Assembly: GCF_963921235.1 (NCBI RefSeq)
Contig: NC_086097.1
Span: forward strand, 170,812,001 to 170,876,000
Direction: 5' to 3'
DNA length: 64,000 nucleotides
DNA from: Mobula hypostoma
Taxonomy: Eukaryota
In this document: positions 13,241 to 25,097 of the stretch, piece by piece
How positions within the stretch are numbered: the first letter of the stretch is position 1
Layout of the letters: every line of letters begins with the position of its first letter
The notes under the pieces: generated by a model
Told to the model about the DNA's origin: nothing
What the model saw: only the letters and a program-made list of their open reading frames with translations
The model's database searches: none
Program-made: the position numbers and the translations under genes

Positions 13241-15112
13241 GTAAAGGTGCTGACGCGGAGCACCTTTGGCAACATGTTTGCCTGACATCACCATCATCGC
13301 TGGATGAGCTGCTGGCTGAGGTGGAGAGGGCAGAAGCAATTTTAGCTCCCAGGGTGTTCCAGCGTCGCCCCCCCATGCCGCAAGCCCGGGCCTGTATCAC
13401 CGAGGCAGAGGAGACGGGTCCGACCAGCGCAGCGCCGACCTCGCCGCAGGCCACGAAACAATCTCTGCTGCCGGGGCGGCAAGGCTTATACATGGACTGC
13501 ATGCTGGAGGGCATCAGATGCCATGCGTTGGTGGACACGGGGTCAACCACCACTGCCATCCATCTGGGTGCCCTCCCCAACACGGACCAGGAGCAGCCCC
13601 GTCTGGGTGGACAACGACAGTGGCTCAGCTGTCTACGGTCTCTGGCAACTGTGTGGCAATGAGAGGGAAGAGGTGGCTGCACATGGCAGTGAGGAAAATC
13701 ACAGTGGAACATGAGCTATGGCTCGCCGGCATCCGGGAGTCCTGCATCATTGGCCTGGTCCTGCGGTCCTGCTGGGGAGCCCTGTGCGGATGTGTCAGGG
13801 GCAACACTCTACCTTGGCGCTGAAGCCATGCCTCTCTGGCAGGGCAGCTCCAGGAACTGGACCTAGCAGAGGCAGCAACCACCACTACCGGTCTCACAGC
13901 GGCCACAGCAGTGCAGCACACCCCTCAGGGGCCCAGCGCAATACGGAGGAACCAAGAGCAAGTGACAGTGACAGCCAGGGACAAGGTAGACCTCCCCTCC
14001 ACGGACCAGCAGCTGTTCAGCGAGCAGGAGAGTGATCCATGCTGGCGTGGGTGAGGGGATGGCTGAGCATGGGGCGATGGCCGTGTGGGCAGAGGTTTCC
14101 GTCCTGGATCCAGAGACTAAAGCTCTACACTCGCAGTGGGGGGACACTGGAGATGCGCAATGGGCTGCTGTTGTCCGACAGTGATAGACATCTCCTGCAG
14201 CTGGTGGTCCCCCCGGGACTCCGTGCCACAGAGCTGATCATTTCGGAGTTGCAGAGACGTTGGGCAATCTGCGAGAATGCTTCTACTGGTCTGGGTACAG
14301 GCAGGACGTGGAGCTGTCCATGCACCTCCACGACACTTGCAAATCCCAGAAGGGGCCGGGCTACCAGTCCAGTGCACCAATGCAGCAGTGCATGGTGGGG
14401 GCCCCAGTATGGGTCTGCTTCCCCTCCTGGAGGAAGGGACTATCCCCCAGGGACCAGGAGAGGTGCTTGACCGCATCTCCAGTGTGGTATATCGGGTGCA
14501 GTTACCTGGGTAGCGGAAGGCCGTTGTGTTGCACTGGGACCAGCTGGCACCATGTCAGCCCTTGGCCAGCACTGACCCAGCGAGGCTGAAGGGAGGAAAT
14601 GACACTCGGGGCACCCTGTCCCTTGCCTCACACAAACAAGGCCTCCCGTGGAGGGGCTTCAGAACACCCCAGTGCCCCAGGCAGCAGCGTCGACCCCCAC
14701 TAGGACTTCTGGACTTTGTTATGGGCTCTGGGGTTCCCAAGGATGGCTGACCCCTCAGTTGGGGGCAGTATGACGCTCCAGGAGGTGGGGAGGTCTGGTC
14801 AACAGCCTGCCCCTGTATTTCTAATGACCAACACTGTTTATTGCTATTGTGTTAAAATGCTTTTGTGGGATTGTGGTGGGAAGTTCCAGTTCATTTATTG
14901 TTACGTTTTAGCTCGGGTTATGCAGTTATTCACTTGTGGGTCGCCCTAACTGTAACCGGGATGGGTGATGGTCGCCTACCCCATCTGTATGGAAATAGTG
15001 GGTTCACTCTCCAGGTCCTGGTGCCCAGTCTATTTTGTGTTTGCCACAAAAAGACAGTTGTTGAGTTTAACAAGCTTCCTCATCTGTCAATATGTACCAA
15101 ATGCTCGCCACA
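13241..15112 (+). mobile_element. Internally deleted Gypsy/Ty3 LTR retrotransposon with 3' LTR (~14769-15112)
   Basis: GC-rich island. Aspartic protease motif CHALVDTGS, integrase Zn-binding remnant (FYWSGYRQDVE..CKSQKG) and GPY-like QGPGEVLDRISSVVYRV. Purine tract GGGGGCAG at 14761, followed by TATGACG...CGCCACA inverted LTR ends. Confidence 0.8.
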
Positions 15113-15710
15113 ATATAAAAACAAGGGTGTAATATTGAGACTTTATAAAGCACTGGTGGGGCTTCACTTGGAGTATTGTGAGTAGGTTTGGGTCCTTTAT
15201 CTTAGAAAGGATGTACTGAAACTAGAGATGGTTCAAAGGAGGTTCACAAAAATGATTCCAGGAATGAATAGTTTGATGGCTCTGGGCCTAAATTCACTCG
15301 AACTCAGAAGAATGAGGGGTGTCCTCATTGAAACCTATTGAATGGTGAAGGGCCTTGATAGAGTGGATGTGGAGAAGATGTTTCCTGTGGTAGGAGAGTC
15401 TAAGACCAGAGGACACAACCTCAGAAAAGAGGGGCATCCATTTTGAATGGAGATGAGGAGGAATTTCTTTAGCCAGAGGGTGGTGAATTTGTGGATTTCT
15501 TTGCCACAAGCAGCTGTGGAAGCCAAGTACTTATGTATATTTAAGGCAGCGGCTGATAGATTCTTGACTAGTCAGGGCATGAAGGAATACGGGGAGAAGG
15601 CAGGAGATTGGGGCTGAGAGGAAAATTGAATCAGCTATAATGAAATGGTGGAGCAGACTCATTGGGCCAAATGGCCTAATTCTGCTCCTATTATCTTATG
15701 GTCTTGTGGT
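15113..15710 (+). mobile_element. CR1-type LINE 3' end
   Basis: YKNKGVILRLYKALV..LEYC, with the typical 3' UTR ending aatggcctaattctgctccta..cttatggtct. Confidence 0.8.
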
Positions 15711-15967
15711 ATAGTAGACAGAAAATATCTTTTCCCCAGGATTAAAACGTTGATAGCAGGGAGCGCGCATTTAACATGAGGGAGGGTAAATTCAAAGGAG
15801 ATATGCAGGGCAAGTTTTTTTTTCCACAGAGAGTGGAGGGTGCCTCAGTTGCCCTGCCAGATATGGTAGTGAAGAAAGATAGCTAGAGGACTTGAGTCTC
15901 TTAGATTGGCACATGAACGTGCAGAAAATGGAGGGAAATAAATTTGTACAGGCAGAAGGGATTCGGA

Positions 15968-18600
15968 CAGAATCAGAATCAGGTTTAGTATCACCACATA
16001 TGTCATGAAATTTGTTGTTATGTGGCAGTAGTACATTGCAATACATAATATTAAAACCTGAATTACAGTTTTTTAAAAAATAAGTAGCGCAAAAAAAGGT
16101 AATGAGGTAGTGCTGATGGGTTCAATGTCCATTCATAAATCTAATGGCAGAAGTTGTTCCTGAGTGTGTGCTTTCAGGCTCCTGTACCTCCTCCCTGGTG
16201 GTAACAATGAGAGCAAGGCATGCCCTGGGTGATGGGGGCCCTTAATGATGGATGCCACTTTTTTGAGGCATCGATCCTTGAAGATGTCCTGGAAGCTGGG
16301 GAGGCTATTGCCTGTGATGGAGCTGACTGAATTTACAACTTTCTGCAGCTTATTTCGAAGCCATGCTGTGCCCCCTACCCACCCATATCAGATGGTAATG
16401 CAGCCAGTTAGAATGCTGTCCATGTACATCTGTAGAATCTTGTGATATACCAAGTCTTGAACGCCAAGTGAAATATAGCTGCTGTCCATGCCTTCTTTGT
16501 AACTGCATCGATATGTTGGGCCCATGATGGATCCCAGTGATGCTGACACCCAGGTACTTGAAATTGCTCGCTCTTTCCACTTCAGATCCCTACAGGTATA
16601 TCAGGACTGGTGCGTTCCTTCATCTTTTTTTAATCAATTTTTTGTCTTGCTAAAGTTGAGTGCAAGGTCATTGCGGAAACTCCAGTCAACTGGCTGATCT
16701 TTCTCGTTCCCGTATGCCTTCTCATCACCATCTGACTTTCTGTCAACAAATTTATAGATGGCACTTGAGCTGGGCCTAGCCACACAGTCATGGGTGTAGA
16801 GAGAGCAGAGCAGTGGCTAAGCACACGTTGATTATCAACGAGGTGGAGATGTTATTTCTGATGCACACAGACTGTGGTCTCCTGGTGACGAAGTCGAGGA
16901 TCCATTTACAGAGGGAGATAGAAAGGCCCAGGTTTTGGAATTTTTTTGATCAGACCTGTAGAAATGATGATGTTAAACGCTGGGCTGGAGTCAATAAATA
17001 ACATCCTGACATTGTTATTTGTATTGTCCAGGTGATCCAAGGCCACATGAAGAGACAATGAGATTGTATCTGCTGTAGTGAAAGGCAAATTGCAGTGGGT
17101 CCAGGTCCTTGCTGAGTTAATTCTAGCCATAACCAGCCTCTCAAAGCTTTTCTTCACCGTAGATATGAGTGCATTCATATAATTGTTGCCCTTTTAAAGC
17201 AGATGGGAACTTCCAGCTGTAGCAATGAGAGATTGAAAATGAATTTGAATACACCTGCCAGTTGTTAGGCACAGGTTTTCAGAGCCCTCCCACCTAGCTC
17301 ATTGTGGGCTGTCGCCATGTAAGCATTGATACTCTTGAAACACAATGACATCAGCCTCTGAGACAGAGATCTTCATAGCTGTAGTTTTATTCTCCCTTTC
17401 AAAGCATGCATAAAAGGCATTAAGTTCACCTGGGAGTGAAGCATCTCTGCCACTCCTGATGATAGGTTTTGCTTTGTAGGAAGTAATGGCCTCCAAACCC
17501 TGCCAGAGTTCATGTGCGCCTGATTCCACCTCTAACCTTGTTTGGAATTGTTCTTTTGCTCTTGATATAGCCCTCTGTAAGTCGTACCTGGCCTTCTTGT
17601 ATAGTCCTGGATCACCAGACTCGAATGCCACATAGCTAGCCCTCAGCAGGGTACGAAACTCCTTGTTCATCCATGGCTTTTGACTTGGGTATGTAATGCA
17701 TGTTCTCATAGACACACACTCATCCACACAAAATTTTAATGACGTCAGTGACAACGGTGGCGTACTCATTCAGACTCAAAGATAAATCCCTGAGTACAGT
17801 CAGTCTACTGACTCATAGCAGTCCTGTAAGCACTCCTGCACCTCCCTTGTCCGTACCTTCTTGGTCCTTACTACTGGTGCTGTGGTCTTCAGTCTCTGCC
17901 TATACACAGATAGGTGATCAGACTTTCCAAAGTGTGGGTGTGGGATAGCACGGTAAGCAATTTTGATGGTAGTTTAAAAGTGGTCTCGTGTGTTAGCTCC
18001 TTTGGATCCACAAGTGATATTTTGGAAATAATTATTTAGAGACTTTTTCAAAATGGCCTGGTTAAAATCCCCCAAAATGACGGGGAAGGCATTAGGATGT
18101 GCTGTTTCATGCCTGTTGATTATGTCACTTAGCTCATCTAGAGTCTGTTTTACACAGGCCTGAGGTGGCAGATAAAATGGAGGACACTTGATTGCTAGGT
18201 GTTCCAGGTCATGTGAGCAGAAATGGGACAGCACTGCCATATTTGTACACCACGAAGAGTTGATCATAAAGCATACTCCACATCTTCTGCCTTTGAAAGA
18301 TGGAGCAGTCCTGTCTTGACGGTGAATTGTGAATCCAGAGAGCTGTATCACTGCGTCCAGAATGGCGGAGGGTATCCTGAACTCAGTGAAGCAAAAAAAA
18401 ACACAACAGGTCCTAATATCCCTCAGGTAGAGCAATCTTGCACTTAGATAATCAATTTTATTTACAGAGACTACATTTACCAACAGTGTAGTCAGTAGTG
18501 GTAACGTAGAACTCTTGTCTCCTTAAAAAAAAACTTTTAAACCAACATGGCATCCTCCGTTCTGCTGTTTTAAAGGGGAACCGCACTTGCGATCAGAGAC
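15968..18600 (-). mobile_element. Rex1/Babar-like LINE, degraded, APE to 3' tail
   Basis: Minus-strand APE (FTE..RQDRT..GDFNQ), KPWMN linker, RT pieces (VRMLFID..AFN, FKYLGV) and (TTCTGA)n tail at ~15968-15982. Confidence 0.75.
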
Positions 18601-19956
18601 TGCCATCCGAGATTCGTTGACTTTGTGTCACAATGATTTCCTAATCACCTTAAAATTATGTCACTTACTGTATTGGTTGTCATTTGTTTAATTATTTTGG
18701 CATAATAGTCCATCCCTAACACGCAGATATCACTGTCAAATCATGGCGCTGGGTTAAACTTCTATAATTAGCAGCTGTAATTTGTCTGCATTGTAGGTTT
18801 GTGGTAGAATATAGGCATGTTGATCAAGTAATATTACAGTACAGTTCTCATGCTTTTACACAAGAATATCTTTGTCAGCCTGGACTACAGTGTCAAACAT
18901 TCCTAAACTCTGAAAGCACAGGAAGATGCCATTCCAGACATTGCCATAAATTGGATTAATGTAAATGGGTGGTTGATGGTTGGTATGGACTGGATGGCCA
19001 GAAGGTCCACTGCTCAATCTCTCTGTGTGAGAAGCATTTCCAAGCCCAGATGACATTTCCATCCACTCTGTACCGCTTACCCATAATCAAATTTGAATTG
19101 ACAGCTGAGAACCAGCCACCCATCTCAAGTGGTTCCTTGTCTCTGCTGAGTAAGCATCTAACACAACACAGCTGAATGCAGCTTCAGCAGCACTAAAGAA
19201 GCTTAACACCATCCAGGACATAGTAGCCCATTTGAAAGGCACACCACTTACAACCAAATTCTTTGATTTATCTCATGTCTGTTGCTTTGAATGGGCCGTG
19301 TTCTCTTGCAGTGGGTTGCACGGCTTTCTTTGTGTCACGATATTTTGCAATGAAGATGGACATCAGAATCAGGATGTACATGATGTACTGTCACTGCACT
19401 AGGCAATTCTATGAAACATCACCTTAGGCTGATGTTTCATCAAGGGACCGCTGTATTGTCATTCTGCTGAAGCCCATCTGTTCTCTCAGGCTGAACCCAT
19501 GGATCTGCTTTGCAATGAGTTGTTCAGGACTACATTAACCCTAGAATAAACAATGCTAAGTCAGATATCTGATTATTTTCACATCCATTAGTCTGTAATG
19601 CACCTATTGACTGTAAAGCATATGGGGACATTATGAAAAACATGATATACTGTAAAAGTCTTTTCTTTCCCCTTAACATTAAAAAATCTGAGAAAGTGAT
19701 TCAAAACTTAACTGGAGAAGGGAATTTCAACACTCTTAGAGTGAATAAATATCTTCTGCTGGTTAAATGGCCAATCCTATGTCCTGAAATGCTGGCCTAT
19801 TACATCAAAATATCCAGGCAAGGTAAAGCAGTCTTGAGGTTTGGAATTCTGTCCCTAAAATTAAAATGAAAAAACCTTAGAGTTTTGCACAGAAATGGTC
19901 CTTTGACCCAACAAAAATTCAAGGATTAAAGTTCAAATTTACTATCAGAGTACATG

Positions 19957-20797
19957 CAGTGGCATGCAAAAGTTTGGGCACCCCTGGTCAAAATTTCCGT
20001 TACTGTGAATAGCTAAGCGAGTAAAAGATGAACTGATTTCCAAAAGGCATAAAGTTAAAGATGACACATTTCTTTAATATTTTAAGCAAAAAAACTTTTT
20101 TATTTCCATCTTTCACAGTTTCAAAATAACGAAAATGGAAACGGGCCCGAAGCAAAAGTTTGGGCACCCTGCATGGTCAGTAATTAGTAACACCCCCTTT
20201 GGCAAGTATCACAGCTTGTAAATGCTTTCTGTAGCCAGCTATGAGTCTTTCAATTCTTGTTTGGGGGTTTTCGCCCATTCTTCCTGGCAAAAGGCTTCTA
20301 GTTCTGTGAGATTCTTGGGCCGTCTTGCATGCACTGCTCTTTTGAGGTCTATCCATAGATTTTCGATGATGTTTAGGTCGGGGGACTGTGAGGGCCATGG
20401 CAAAACCTTCAGCTTGCGCCTCTTGAAGTAGTCCATTGTGGATTTTGAGGTGTGTTTAGGATCATTATCCTGTTGTAGAAGCCGTCCTCTTTTCATCTTC
20501 GGCTTTTTTGCAGACAGTGTGATGTTTGCTTACAGAATTTGCTGGTATTTAACTGAATTCATTCTTCCCTCTACCAGTGAAATGTTCCCTGTGCCACTGG
20601 CTGCAACTCAAGCCCAAAGTATGATCGATCCACCCCCGTGTGCTTAACAGTTGGAGAGGGGTTCTTTTCATGAAATTCTGCACCCTTTTTTCTCCAAACA
20701 TACCTTTGCTCATTGTGGCCAAAAAGTTCCATTTTAACTTCATCAGTCCACAGGACTTGTTTCCAAAATGCATCAGGCTTGTTTAGATTTTCCTTTG
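19957..20797 (-). mobile_element. Tc1 (DD34E) transposon, one end with IR/DR plus frameshifted transposase catalytic domain
   Basis: End CAGTGGCATGCAAAAGTTTGGGCACCC at 19957, with an inner direct repeat at ~20152. WTDE...QQDNDPKH...SPDLNIIE has 34 residues between D and E; C-terminus AKGGVTNY*. The other end is missing. Confidence 0.9.
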
Positions 20798-21049
20798 AAC
20801 CCTTTGAATAGAACATTCATTTTCTTGTGGGCACTCACAGTAGAGCCAAAGAAATATAGTGGAATCAATGAAAAAACTGTACACGAATAAAAATGGACAA
20901 AGAACCAATGTGCAAAAGAAGACATAGCATGCAAATGCAATAATATATAATTAAATAATTGAAATAATATTGAGAACAATATTACAAAGTGTTCCCTGAC
21001 CGAGTCCTATTTGCCTGTGTTTGGCTCATATCCCCTTTAACCTTTCCTC

Positions 21050-21908
21050 TCTCTCAATGTCAGCAAGACCAAGAAGCTGATTATTGACTTCAGGAGGAGG
21101 AAACCAGAGGTCCATGGGCCAGTCCTCATCGGGGGGAACAGAGGTGGAAGAGTCAGCAACCTTAAATTCCTTGGTGTTAGTATTTCAGAGAACCTGTCCT
21201 GGACTCAGCACGTGGGTGCAATTACGAGAATGTACAGCGGTGCTTCTACTTCCTCAGAAATTTGTAAAGATTCGGCATGACAACAAAGACTTTGACAAAC
21301 TTCTATAGATGTGTAGTGGAGAGAATATTGACTGGCTGCATCAGAGCCTGGTATGGAAACACCAATGCCCTTGAATGGAAAATCCTACAAAAAGTAGTGG
21401 ATACAGCCAAGTCTTTCACAGATAAATCCATCTCAACCATTGAGCATGTCAGGAAAGCAGCATCTATCTTCAGGGATCTCCACTACCTAGGACATGCTTT
21501 CTTCTTGCTGCTGCAATTGGAAAGAAGTACAGGAGCCTCAGGACTCTCAGCACTGGGTTCAGGAACAGTTATTACCCCTCAACCATCAGCTTCTTAAACC
21601 AAAGGGGCTAACTTCACTCAGCTTCACTTGCCCCATCACAACTTATGGATTCACTTTCAAGGACTTTTCATCTCATGTTCTCAATATTTATAGCTTATTT
21701 ATTTATTAATTCTTTCTCTTTGTATTTGCACATTCTATTATCTTTTGCACACTTGCTGAATGTCCTAGTTAGTGCGGTCTTTCATTGATTCCATTATGGT
21801 TATTATTCTATTATTGATTTATTGAGTATGCCCATAAGAAAATGAATCTCAGAGTTGTATATGGTGACATATATGTACTTTGATAATTAATTTACTTTGA
21901 ACTTTGAA
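21050..21908 (+). mobile_element. Rex/Babar- or L2-type LINE 3' fragment
   Basis: LNVSKTK..IIDFRR and FYRCVVERILTGCI..WYGN; (actttga)n tail. Confidence 0.7.
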
Positions 21909-23533
21909 TTCAAAGACATGGATTTTAAGGAGTCAAAAGATGGGAAGTAGGAAAAAGAGTTAGAGAGTAAGTGGTAGATGTGGATACAATCATGGTGTTT
22001 AAAAGCCATTTAGGCTATTAGGCTAATTTGGCTCTATAATGAGTCAACCTATAGCCGGGGAAGTAATAAATCCCTCCTGTTAGACTGTTTGGGGTAACTT
22101 ATTTTTTATTCTTCCTACTTATCTTCTAATATTTATAATTGTGCGCTTGTAATGCTATTGTGACACTAATTTCCTTTGGGATCAATAAAGTATCTGTCTA
22201 TCCTGCTACTTTGACAGGTACATAGTTCAAAATTCAAAGTAAATTTATTATCAAAGTACATATATGTCAACTTATACAATCCTGAGATTTGGTATTTTGT
22301 GGGCATAATCAGTAATTCCAAGGACCAAAATAGAATCAATGAAAGACTGCACCCAACAGGGCTGACAAACAACCAATGTGCAAAAGACAACAATGCGCAA
22401 ACACAAAAGAAAAAAAACAATAAATTACACTGTTGTATACAGCAATGAATACAGAAGTGAATGCAAAACAACAGAATGGTATAAAGATTGTAGTTCAAAC
22501 TAAAGTTATGCAAACGGAAATGTGGAGTTGCAGTACTGAAATAACGTAAAAGTGGAATTAAGAGTACTGGAATGAGGCAGCAGCACCGAGAAGAGAGATC
22601 GAATGAGTTAAATGCTCATTCCTTGCTTTTTAAGTGAAACTTATAATAATGAAACCTCATAGTTCTAGTGGGAACCCTCAACAAGACAGGGTAAAACAAA
22701 AGTTAAAGCTCTCCAATGAGTCATGGAGACCCAGGAATCGGGTTATCAATTGGTGCTGAGAAATTACAATTTGCGTTTAGTCTATGTTGAAGGTGAAGTA
22801 GAACTTGCTAACTGCTCCTGCTGACTACACACTGTTGGAGCCCAACACACTAATTAATTTTTAATCATCTTATCAACACAATGTCTAGTTTTTAAAGGGA
22901 AACTTTTTACCACTGACTGCAAGTGTTCATTATCCCTTCAGCAGAATCATTAGGAGCCCATTGGTGCCTGAGTATAGCTTGACAATGAATGGAAGATAAC
23001 ACATCAAAATTGGGAAAGTGTTTATAATTAGAAGACCTCAGAAAAAGAGTTGTCATCTGATGTTTAAATTGAAGAAAATTACTGATCTGAAACTTGTCTC
23101 TAACCACAATTCTTCGTAAAGTTTGGCTTCCATCTCTCATTAGTAAATAATGGAACATCTCTTGTGGATGAAACATCTATCGGAAAATCTACTATGGGAT
23201 ATTTTTTAAGGGAGGGATAGGCGTCCTATAGTAAACATGTCCTGTGTGCATTGATTGAAGATAGATCTATGACCATAAACTGTTTTGGGATATCAAAACA
23301 GGTAAAGAGTACAGAGATTCAGATCAATATTTTACATAAAGACTGGAAACTGCTATGACTTTTGGTTCACAGAGAAAGGAAAGAAGACAGGAGGAGTGTT
23401 GTGTATTTCATATTTCAGTAATATTTTAGTAATATTATAAATATATTGTTTGATTAGCATTCCTTGGTGTTCACATAATTCATTACAGATTATATGTTAA
23501 AACACGTGAATGGTATATGTCAGAATGCCACTA

Positions 23534-25097
23534 CAGGTTTCCCCCGCCATCCGAAGGTAGAACGTTCCCCTGAAATGGTTTGTAAGCCAGAATGTCATAA
23601 AGTGAAAAAGCAATTACCATTTATTTATATGGGAAAGATTTGTGAGCGTTCGCAGACCCAAAAAATAACCTACCAAATCATGCCAAATAACACATAAAAC
23701 CTAAAATAACTGTAATGTGTAGTAAAAGCAGGAATGATATGATAAATACATAGCCTATATAAAGTAGAAATACTTTTTTACAATCATTGCCGCACTGTCC
23801 ACTGTAGCGAAAATCTCACGCAAGCGCTCTCGGCAGTAACACTCTCTCCAGTAACCTTTAAGCTATGAAGCTGCCAAATTATACCAAGTAACACAAATAC
23901 ACAGCCTATATAAAGTAGAAATAATGTATGTACAGTGTAGAATCACTTACTGGAATCGGGAAGACAGCACCGAGCACACTGATGATGGTGTGTTAGGCTG
24001 AGTCGTCGGAGGTTGGGATGGTGCAGTGGTCCCCAACCTCTGGGCCGTGGACCGATCTGCGAAAAATCCAGTGGTGCAGCGGGACCCAGGACGCACCCAG
24101 CACACCTTTAAGGAAAAAGCTGAAATAAACAAGCTAATTAATTAGGTGCCGCCCGACACGTAATTAACTAGCTTGTTTTTTTTGGCTTTTTTTCTTAAAG
24201 ATGTGCTGGGTGCATCCTGGCTACCGCTGTACCGCTGCATTCTTCGTGGCAAAGAATCGCTCCGCGGCCTGGAGGTTGGGGTGGTGGGACACTGGGGAGT
24301 CATCTTATCATCGTATGTTTCCATTAGGGCACGCAGGTCATCTTCTTCTATGTTCGCCTGCCTCGATGTCGAAAGTCGAGGTTCATTGTCTGCTGTGGCT
24401 GATGTAGAAGGCTTGAAAAACGATAGTATGCTTGACTGCTTAGCCTTGTGCATTTTTCTATCATACAGTTCTTTGTAAGCACTCAAACCATCCTGCAAAT
24501 ATGCCCTAAACCTACGTATCCTTTCAAAATTAAAGTCGTATTTTTTTGCAATCATTGCTGTCAATTGCAGTGAAAATTTCACGCAGTTGCTTCACGTTCG
24601 TTCCTGGACGACTTCACTTTCAGTCTGTTCGCTACTGCATTCGGTTTTGATTGTTATCCTTTCCTCTTCCAATTGCATCAGCTCTTCATCTATCAGTTCT
24701 TGGTCATGGGATGCCAAAACCTCTTCAACATCATCTTCGTCAGCTTCCACAAGCCAAACTTACTTTGTCCTTACTTCGTTCACCACGATTATGTCTAGTT
24801 TTAGGCTAAGTGTAACACCCTTACGAGCTCTTTTAGGCTTTTCCGATACCTTAGAACTCATCTTGCTAACGGATGCTCAAAATAAATGGACATAAAGCAC
24901 AGATGGTCACATGCATGTGTTTAAACAATGCTGGCTAAAGTGCAGTTCCGGAGGAGGAGCTTGACTGCTCGGGGCGCACGCTGCCTTTTTTCGTAACAGT
25001 GAAAACACCTTCTGTTAGCGAAAACAGGTAACTAATGTAGGTCTTTCATAACAGTGAGGTTTCGTAAAGCAAACGTTCGAAAAGCAGGGGACAGCTG
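23534..25097 (-). mobile_element. Internally deleted Tigger/pogo DNA transposon
   Basis: TA at both ends; TIRs CAGGTTTCCCCCGC / CAGCTGTCCCCTGC (rc). Minus-strand N-terminus MSSKVSEKPKRARKGVTLSLKLDII from 24861, and acidic C-terminus with KQSSILSFFKP. Confidence 0.82.
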
